A stretch of 11,037 nucleotides of DNA. Origin: Nitrosopumilus sp. (GTDB lineage Archaea > Thermoproteota > Nitrososphaeria > Nitrososphaerales > Nitrosopumilaceae). Location: the NCBI GenBank assembly GCA_029861345.1, contig JAOTZM010000044.1, positions 1 to 11,037 on the forward strand. Reading direction: 5' to 3'. Both the position numbers and the translations under genes were made by a program. Shown one piece after another: positions 5,862 to 11,037 of the stretch (its first letter is position 1; every line of letters begins with the position of its first letter). A model generated the notes under the pieces. It saw nothing but the letters and a program-made list of their open reading frames with translations. It was not told the DNA's origin and ran no database searches.

Positions 5862-6342
5862 AGAGTTTATTTTTTCTTTTCTTTTTGATGTTTTGTTAAT
5901 TTTTTATAATCCTAAAGATTATGAATTAAAAATTCAAAGTGTTAATGAGATACAATATTCAAATCTGTACGGGTTTCTATTCTAAAGGTAATTTGGATTC
6001 TCTGCTCTTTTTTCCTGAAAATTAAAGATTCTATCAAATTATGCAAATCCAATTTTTAGCTTAATTGTGCCTATGATTGTTATTTTTAGCACTGAAAATC
6101 AAAAATATGTTGTCGAGTCAATTATGCACTAAAAGGGCAAACTTTTGTAACTATGAGATGTATCTTCGAGTCATTTGACATTTGGTGTGACGTTCATTTA
6201 TGTTCCAATCAGGCCTAGTAGGAGAGATCAAGAAGTCGATGAAATAGAAGATACTGATGAATAGCATTTTTTTACAATTTGTATGATGAATTTTCAAACT
6301 TTGTAAAGTTGAGCTATTTATTTGCCATTTTTTAGGTAAAGC

Positions 6343-7293
6343 ATGATGAAGAATTGGAATTTGATATTTGGAATTTTGATAATTTCCAGTCCAATTCTCT
6401 TTTCAATGATTGCATTTCCTGATTCTGTAGCTTGGAGCTGGAATGAAGGACGAGGAGGATATTTTTTTGCACTTGTCTTTGTAGCGGCAGAACTTATTGG
6501 TCTTAAAATTGTCATTTCAAGAAAACGATTACTTGCCGTAATTCCTATGGCACTTTTAACAATTTCATATCTGATCTCATTAGAGTATGGTTTAAGGGAT
6601 TACATTATTGAATCTGCACAACAATTTGATGTGCAATTAATTTACTCATGGACTTGGATGTGGGATTTTGTTGTAATGGCAATTTTTGTTGTTGCAGTAT
6701 TAAGTATTTTCTTTGGCAAAAGATGGATTAGAATTGCTCCTGCAGGACCCATCTTTCTAACTGGAACTGCAATAATTCTTTCACTTGATGCCTTTTTCCC
6801 ATATGATACTCTTGGTCCATTACAATACATTGTTCCTTACTTTGTTCAAGCTAATGTATGGATAATCACTGTACTTGATCTGGGAACAGCAGTAGCTAAA
6901 GACAACGTCATGTTTTTACGCGGTGAACATGGTTCAATGGCTCTTCAGGTATTTTGGCCTTCTGCAGGTGTTCATAGCATCATAATCTTCTCTTTAGTCA
7001 TTGGTGCATTCATGCTAAAAATGAATATCGCAAGAAACAGAAAAGCTGTTTATTTTATTTTAGGAATTATTGGTACAATTATTGTTAATCTAATCAGAAT
7101 TTTTTCATTATCTTGGTACGCACTAAAAGTTACCACTGATCCTGTAGCGTGGGAGGAATATCACAAAATTGCCGGCGAAATTATGTTTTTGCCGTGGCTG
7201 TTTGCATTCATACTAGTTGTAATACTGATAGAGTCCAGACGTCTAAAAAAGTTAGAATCTGAAGGTAAATTACCGCCTAAAAATAACTTGTAA
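6343..7293 (+). CDS. Exosortase/archaeosortase-family polytopic membrane protein (thaumarchaeal type), Cys-free
   Basis: 316 aa with about 8 hydrophobic helices. The family signature blocks appear in order: FWPSAGVHSIIIF (corresponding to the v.eCsG..s nucleophile block, with Ser207 at 6961-6963), NLIRIFS (Arg252, 7096-7098) and EEYHKIAGEIMF (His274, 7162-7164). A TATA-like tatttatt at 6315-6322 is centred about 25 nt before the ATG. Confidence 0.75.
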   Translation: MMKNWNLIFGILIISSPILFSMIAFPDSVAWSWNEGRGGYFFALVFVAAELIGLKIVISRKRLLAVIPMALLTISYLISLEYGLRDYIIESAQQFDVQLIYSWTWMWDFVVMAIFVVAVLSIFFGKRWIRIAPAGPIFLTGTAIILSLDAFFPYDTLGPLQYIVPYFVQANVWIITVLDLGTAVAKDNVMFLRGEHGSMALQVFWPSAGVHSIIIFSLVIGAFMLKMNIARNRKAVYFILGIIGTIIVNLIRIFSLSWYALKVTTDPVAWEEYHKIAGEIMFLPWLFAFILVVILIESRRLKKLESEGKLPPKNNL

Positions 7294-8371
7294 TGTCGCT
7301 TTGCCCTTTGACCTCTGAAAGCTCTGTAACTTTAACTCCTAGCCTTCTAATTGTGAGTGTTTGGTTTTCTAGAGCTTCTTTTAGTAACTGATCCACATTT
7401 TTTTGCAATTCCTCAAGATTTGCAGTTGGGTTTCTTAACATTCTTGACTTTGATTTATTTGATAAATCTGACTGGACAAAATGTATTCCAATTGATTTGA
7501 ACATTCTATTGTTTTTCTTCACAACATCGTGTACTTCTTTGCATAACTCTATTAGATTTTCAGATAAAAACTGGTATTCTTTGGAATCTTTTTTTAAAGT
7601 TACAATTTTGCTATATTGAATACTGTCTTCTTTTTCTTTTACTGGCTCATTATCTATTCCTCGTACTGCATTGTAGATGAAAGTTCCACTTTTTCTTCCA
7701 AATTCTTTATTCAAAGTAAAAATATCCATTTTTTTTAAATCTTCAATAGTTTTAAGATTCATTTCTGAAAATCTATTTTCTGTTTTCTTCCCAATCCCTG
7801 GAATCTTTCTGATTGTCAATGGCTCTAAAAATATGTCGACTTTTTCAGGAGATACAATTGTTAGCCCATCCGGTTTTTGAAAATCTGATGCTATTTTTGA
7901 AATTAACTTGTTTGGCGAAATTCCTATAGAGCAACTTAGTTTTGTCTTTTCTCTAATTGAATTTTTTATTTGTTGTGCTAGATGACTTGCTTTTTGAAAA
8001 TTGCCTTCAACTCTTTTTGTTACATCCAAATATGCTTCATCCTTTCCTACGTATTCAAAAACATCAGCATTTTTTTTCATTATCTCCATAGCCTTTTCTG
8101 ACATCTCGATATAGTAATCAAAATCAACTGGTAAAAACACTGCATCTTTTTTCTCTTCGAGTCTTTTTTTTGCAAACATTATGGGCATTCCTGATTTTAC
8201 TCCGTATTTTCTTGCAGTATAGTTTGCTGTGGCTATTGCACCGCTATCTCCACCTCTATCTGAGAAGACACAAACACATACTGGCTTTGATTTTAATTCA
8301 GGAGTTCTAATCTCTTCGCATTGAGCGTAAAAATAATCAAAATCTATGTGGAAAACTATTCTTGTTTCCAA
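7277..8371 (-). CDS. dinB: Y-family DNA polymerase IV (DinB/Dpo4 type)
   Basis: HIDFDYFYAQCEE is the catalytic Asp motif. Also present are YTARKYGVKSGMP, DEAYLDVT, SIGISPNKLISKIASDFQKPDG and IRKIPGIGKKT (HhH). The start is TTG, because an in-frame TAG lies 5 codons upstream and there is no ATG before the catalytic motif. The 3' end overlaps the convergent archaeosortase gene by 17 nt. Confidence 0.95.
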   Translation of the reverse strand: METRIVFHIDFDYFYAQCEEIRTPELKSKPVCVCVFSDRGGDSGAIATANYTARKYGVKSGMPIMFAKKRLEEKKDAVFLPVDFDYYIEMSEKAMEIMKKNADVFEYVGKDEAYLDVTKRVEGNFQKASHLAQQIKNSIREKTKLSCSIGISPNKLISKIASDFQKPDGLTIVSPEKVDIFLEPLTIRKIPGIGKKTENRFSEMNLKTIEDLKKMDIFTLNKEFGRKSGTFIYNAVRGIDNEPVKEKEDSIQYSKIVTLKKDSKEYQFLSENLIELCKEVHDVVKKNNRMFKSIGIHFVQSDLSNKSKSRMLRNPTANLEELQKNVDQLLKEALENQTLTIRRLGVKVTELSEVKGQSDITSYF

Positions 8372-8443
8372 TGTCTTTCTATCCTATCTTGATTATTACT
8401 ATATTGTGTATTCATCTAAATAGTAAGCAGTTTCATTGTTTTC

Positions 8444-8692
8444 ATGGATTATCCTGTCTCAGTAGATGAAAATGGCCTAAATTTAAAACCAGAGAAAATG
8501 GAAAAAGAAAAACTCTATCATTGTGTATTCAAAAACAAAGCAATGTTGGTTTTCAAAGATTCTCAAGATGTTTTAAATTGCTATGAGATCGAACAAGAAG
8601 ATCTAGTTGAAGAAATTAGAAAATGTAACGATGATAAAGAACTTGAAAAATTATTTGAATCTTATGTCAAAGGACAAAACCTCAAAAATTAA
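8444..8692 (+). CDS. Small acidic hypothetical protein (82 aa)
   Basis: ATG start, divergent from dinB with a 72-nt spacer. The sequence has reasonable complexity ([39 protein letters not shown]...). I recognise no domain. Confidence 0.6.
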   Translation: MDYPVSVDENGLNLKPEKMEKEKLYHCVFKNKAMLVFKDSQDVLNCYEIEQEDLVEEIRKCNDDKELEKLFESYVKGQNLKN

Positions 8693-8733
8693 ATAAAAGC
8701 GAGAGAAGGTCTGGTTATAAAAGGAATTTAAAA

Positions 8734-9414
8734 TTGAGTAACCCTAAAAAATCTAAAGATGCAGAAGATATCTTATCTGAATTTGATTCTCGAACTAAAT
8801 CCGAACCTGAACCACAACTAGATGCACCAGAACCTGAACCACAACTAGATGCACCAGAACCTGAACCACAACTAGATGCACCAGAACCTGAACCACAACT
8901 AGATGCACCAGAACCTGAACCACAACTAGATGCACCAGAACCTGAACCAACACCTGAACCAACACCAGAACCTGAACCAACACCTGAACCAACACCTGAA
9001 CCAACACCAGAACCTGAACCAACACCTGAACCAACACCAGAACCTGAACCAACACCAGAACCTGAACCAACACCAGAACCTGAGCCCGCATCTGATACAC
9101 CTGCAGTAACTTCTAGTGAAAAAACAGATTCTCATATCCCTGAAGAACGTGATATTATTTTTGTCGGCACAAAACCCATTATGACTTATGTCTCTGCAAC
9201 TTTAACACAACTTTCAACAAGACCACATGTGACCATTAAAGCTAGAGGAAAAAGAATCACCCAAGCAGTTGATGTATCTCAAATGATTGTTAAGAGAATG
9301 GATTTTGTAGGTTATGTTGTTAGTGATGTGAGAATTTCATCTGATTCTCTTACTTCTCAAGATGGGAAGCAACGTAATGTCTCTACCATTGAAATTGATA
9401 TTTCAAAAAACTAA
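8734..9414 (+). CDS. albA: Alba (Sac10b) family nucleic-acid-binding protein with ~135-aa acidic Pro/Glu-rich repeat N-terminal extension
   Basis: The C-terminal ~90 aa [85 protein letters not shown] matches the Alba pattern (v.igkKpvMnYV.a......g...v.ikArG.aI..AVdvae....r......v..i.i.s......G....vS.IEI.l.k). The frame is open back to TTG 8734. There is no ATG, GTG or TTG between 8737 and the Alba core. AGGA lies 9 nt upstream of the TTG. Confidence 0.8.
   Translation: MSNPKKSKDAEDILSEFDSRTKSEPEPQLDAPEPEPQLDAPEPEPQLDAPEPEPQLDAPEPEPQLDAPEPEPTPEPTPEPEPTPEPTPEPTPEPEPTPEPTPEPEPTPEPEPTPEPEPASDTPAVTSSEKTDSHIPEERDIIFVGTKPIMTYVSATLTQLSTRPHVTIKARGKRITQAVDVSQMIVKRMDFVGYVVSDVRISSDSLTSQDGKQRNVSTIEIDISKN
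8803..9087 (+). repeat. In-frame tandem repeats: 5 perfect copies of a 27-bp unit (8803-8937), then nested 6/12/18-bp units (8938-9087)
   Basis: gaacctgaaccacaactagatgcacca occurs x5 with no mismatch (EPEPQLDAP). It is followed by combinations of gaacct and gaaccaacacc[t/a] (EPEPTP / EPTP). Codon choice is uniform throughout (gaa, cct/cca, aca). Confidence 0.97.
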
Positions 9415-9634
9415 TTTAAAATATTTAATTCTAATTGGAATTTTAATTTCTACCACTTTGATCTTAATTATTTTGACTGGTAATTCATGTGGAATACAAC
9501 ACATATTGATTTTAAATGAAATTGCTTCATATGAAAAATCACTTGAACCTGAATTTTGTGAAATCATAGTTGAGAAAATTGATTTGTTTAATGATGACTG
9601 TGAACCTAAAATTGAAATTTTAGATTGTGGCTAG
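9377..9634 (+). CDS. Small membrane-anchored Cys-containing protein (85 aa from ATG 9377; alternative ATG at 9362)
   Basis: A hydrophobic helix [20 protein letters not shown] is followed by a polar domain with four spaced Cys (NSCG, EFCE, DDCE, LDCG). It overlaps the Alba 3' end by 38 nt. Its stop shares the palindrome CTAG (9631-9634) with the convergent LysE-family gene. The start is uncertain. Confidence 0.45.
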   Translation: MSLPLKLIFQKTNLKYLILIGILISTTLILIILTGNSCGIQHILILNEIASYEKSLEPEFCEIIVEKIDLFNDDCEPKIEILDCG

Positions 9635-10251
9635 GGTAATATGTCTGTCAAAAACATAATTCCAAAATAAATCAACATGAAACTTAATCCTATCATCAAT
9701 ATTTTGTAATTTCTGTTAGAAAGAATTCTTGAACTTTTTGATGCAAGAAATGAAATCATTCCTAGCCATGCAAAATCCATCCAAATGTGAAGTGCAAATA
9801 CAATTAGAATACCTGTAAATGCCCATATCAACATTGCATCTGAAATTAATTTGAATCCTATGGTGAGCCACCAGATTAAAAAAAATGGATTTAATGCACT
9901 TAGTGTAATTCCCACAAGTACTGGACCGTGTTTTAAATTAGATGAGACAAGTTGTTTTTTTCCAAATACTGTTCTAATTTGTATTGCTGCAAAAACAAAA
10001 AGTGTGATTGATCCAAAAATGGAAATTATTACCCTAAATTCTGGAAACGCCTCTAAAGAAAAAACTCCTATTCCTAACAAAATCACTAGTGGGAATTCGA
10101 CAATTGTATGGCCAATTGCCATCTTCAAGCCTGCTCTTGTGCCTTCTTTTAGCCCATATGATACATTTGCTGCAAAAAGAGGCCCCGGTGCCATAACTCC
10201 TGAAGCTGAAATTACTATAACTAATACTGCAAATTCAAGGATCTGAACCAA
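9631..10251 (-). CDS. LysE/RhtB-family amino-acid exporter (206 aa)
   Basis: About six TM helices, with the N-terminal PGP motif (SGVMAPGPLFAANVSYG) typical of the LysE superfamily, and NPFFLIWWLTIG. The start is TTG; the first in-frame ATG would remove most of TM1. Confidence 0.8.
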   Translation of the reverse strand: MVQILEFAVLVIVISASGVMAPGPLFAANVSYGLKEGTRAGLKMAIGHTIVEFPLVILLGIGVFSLEAFPEFRVIISIFGSITLFVFAAIQIRTVFGKKQLVSSNLKHGPVLVGITLSALNPFFLIWWLTIGFKLISDAMLIWAFTGILIVFALHIWMDFAWLGMISFLASKSSRILSNRNYKILMIGLSFMLIYFGIMFLTDILP

Positions 10252-10305
10252 TGTCTTCTAACATTACTAGTTTTTTGGTTATGAAATAAACATACTTGGA
10301 AAATT

Positions 10306-11019
10306 CTATCTATACATTGAATCTTTTAGATGGCTTGATTCTTCTTGTGCTTCTTTTATTACTGCTTCTGCTTTTTCAGCTTCTTGTTGTAGTATTGAAA
10401 TGTTGCACGAAGTTCCTGGAATTAATTTAGATATTGCAAGACAAAGCTGTGCACTTGATTTAAAGTCTGGGCCCTTTCTATCTGTGTGAAAAATTACTAC
10501 AATTACATCCTGATCTGACAAACTTCCTTCATTTAACAGCATTCCCGGAATTCCGGGTACAATTCCATGTTCTAAAATTTTCAAACCTGCATCTTTAACT
10601 TTTGCTCTGGCTGAGGCTGTACTTCCTATTCCTATCATCTCTTCAGTTTCACTTGGCGATTTGATTGCAACACTACTAATAATCAATCCAATTTTGTGTT
10701 TCTTTGCCCACTTTAACATTGTTTTAGCTGCAATTCTATGCAACGATTGATCAAGAGTAAGATACGATAAAAAAACCCCTACTTTCAAATCTTGGTTGAC
10801 AAAAATTCGTGTAGGGTAGTTTGGTTTTCCGTCTTTAATGATGCTAATTGATGGAAAACTATCTGAATCTAATATCCCTGCTAACTCAAATTTTGATGTA
10901 TGTATCATGGATTCAGTTGCAATCGCACTACTGAATCCTACTGATGGAAATCCATCTATAAGATACCCTCCTTCTAAATCAAGTGGTTTTAATTCTTTAA
11001 TCCTAATTCGAGGAAACAT
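10306..11019 (-). CDS. PAC2-family proteasome assembly chaperone (PbaA/PbaB-like) with C-terminal HbYX motif
   Basis: ATG start, 237 aa. LIDGFPSVGFSSAIATESMI and IVPGIPGMLLNEG are typical PAC2 blocks. A C-terminal helical tail ends in M-Y-R (hydrophobic-Tyr-X). Confidence 0.8.
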   Translation of the reverse strand: MFPRIRIKELKPLDLEGGYLIDGFPSVGFSSAIATESMIHTSKFELAGILDSDSFPSISIIKDGKPNYPTRIFVNQDLKVGVFLSYLTLDQSLHRIAAKTMLKWAKKHKIGLIISSVAIKSPSETEEMIGIGSTASARAKVKDAGLKILEHGIVPGIPGMLLNEGSLSDQDVIVVIFHTDRKGPDFKSSAQLCLAISKLIPGTSCNISILQQEAEKAEAVIKEAQEESSHLKDSMYR

Positions 11020-11037
11020 TGAATAATTTTTGCATTT

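Noticed and set aside
6205-6245. ctagtaggagag...aagtcgatgaaa as a possible fourth copy of the terminal motif and core
   Set aside because: Only gtcgat and a few purines match. There is no G-run and no ttttt junction. It is not distinguishable from background.
6284-6312. gaattttcaaactttgtaaagtt resembling the cas1 5' 20-mer gaattttacattgtaatggtt, which could have marked a third cas1 remnant
   Set aside because: It needs several indels, and the minus-frame translation has a stop and no extended Cas1-like sequence. A terminal motif would then have to lie inside the archaeosortase-family gene. It is judged to be chance.
7283-7312. Similarity of the dinB 3' end (ttgtaatg...ccctttga) to the cas1 5' region (ttgtaatgg...ccctttag)
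   Set aside because: It consists only of an 8-mer and a 6-7-mer with different spacing inside a well-supported dinB reading frame. This is compatible with chance in AT-rich DNA.
8803-9087. Could the tandem repeats be a CRISPR array, given the cas1 fragments in the window?
   Set aside because: The units are contiguous with no spacers, all lengths are multiples of 3, and they lie inside an open reading frame with uniform codon use. No repeat-spacer structure exists anywhere in the window.
8795-9135. Two minus-strand ORFs (8795-9100, 8926-9135) with VLVQ / WFRFWC periodic sequences
   Set aside because: They are pure by-products of the in-frame tandem repeat read on the opposite strand. The + frame continues into a bona fide Alba domain.
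1329-10246. Other track ORFs nested antisense or out of frame in longer genes (1329-1532, 2630-2860, 3526-3795, 6318-6515, 6642-6830, 7677-7880, 9851-10246; also 10838-11026)
   Set aside because: Each lies wholly inside or across a longer ORF with recognisable domain content on the other strand. Their compositions are typical of shadow frames (Leu/Ser/Phe/Ile-rich).

Overview
AT-rich archaeal window. The gene content points to a marine ammonia-oxidising thaumarchaeon (Nitrosopumilus-like); this is an inference made by eye, not by search. The supporting genes are a Cys-free archaeosortase homologue, Alba, a Dpo4/DinB-type Y-family polymerase, a PAC2 proteasome chaperone with an HbYX tail, and a secreted protein with WIKNNAGWWA modules. 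TATA boxes sit about 22 nt before start codons, and several starts are TTG. The right half (about 5.2-11 kb) holds ordinary chromosomal genes: a Zn-ribbon/J-domain protein, archaeosortase-family protein, dinB, a small acidic protein, Alba, a small membrane protein, a LysE-family exporter and PAC2. The left half (1-4.9 kb) is an accessory patch that I read as the wreck of at least two tandem casposons. It contains a broken protein-primed PolB (1-717), an ORF holding only the Cas1 N-terminal domain (2551-2961, minus), and a second frameshifted copy of the first ~32 Cas1 codons (4300-4398, minus). It also contains three copies of a G-rich terminal motif that abut an identical 13-nt core (exact 21-mer at 3258-3278 and 4847-4867). 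At 4821-4911 two inverted motif copies bracket the core. Non-casposon genes sit between these remnants: a 545-aa secreted protein, a Zn-ribbon protein, a Roadblock-like protein and small membrane proteins. Other points worth a look are the archaeosortase homologue with Ser at the nucleophile position and no Cys anywhere, and Alba fused to a 135-aa acidic Pro/Glu tandem-repeat extension (27 bp x5 perfect copies) whose only usable start is TTG. No tRNA, rRNA or CRISPR array was seen.
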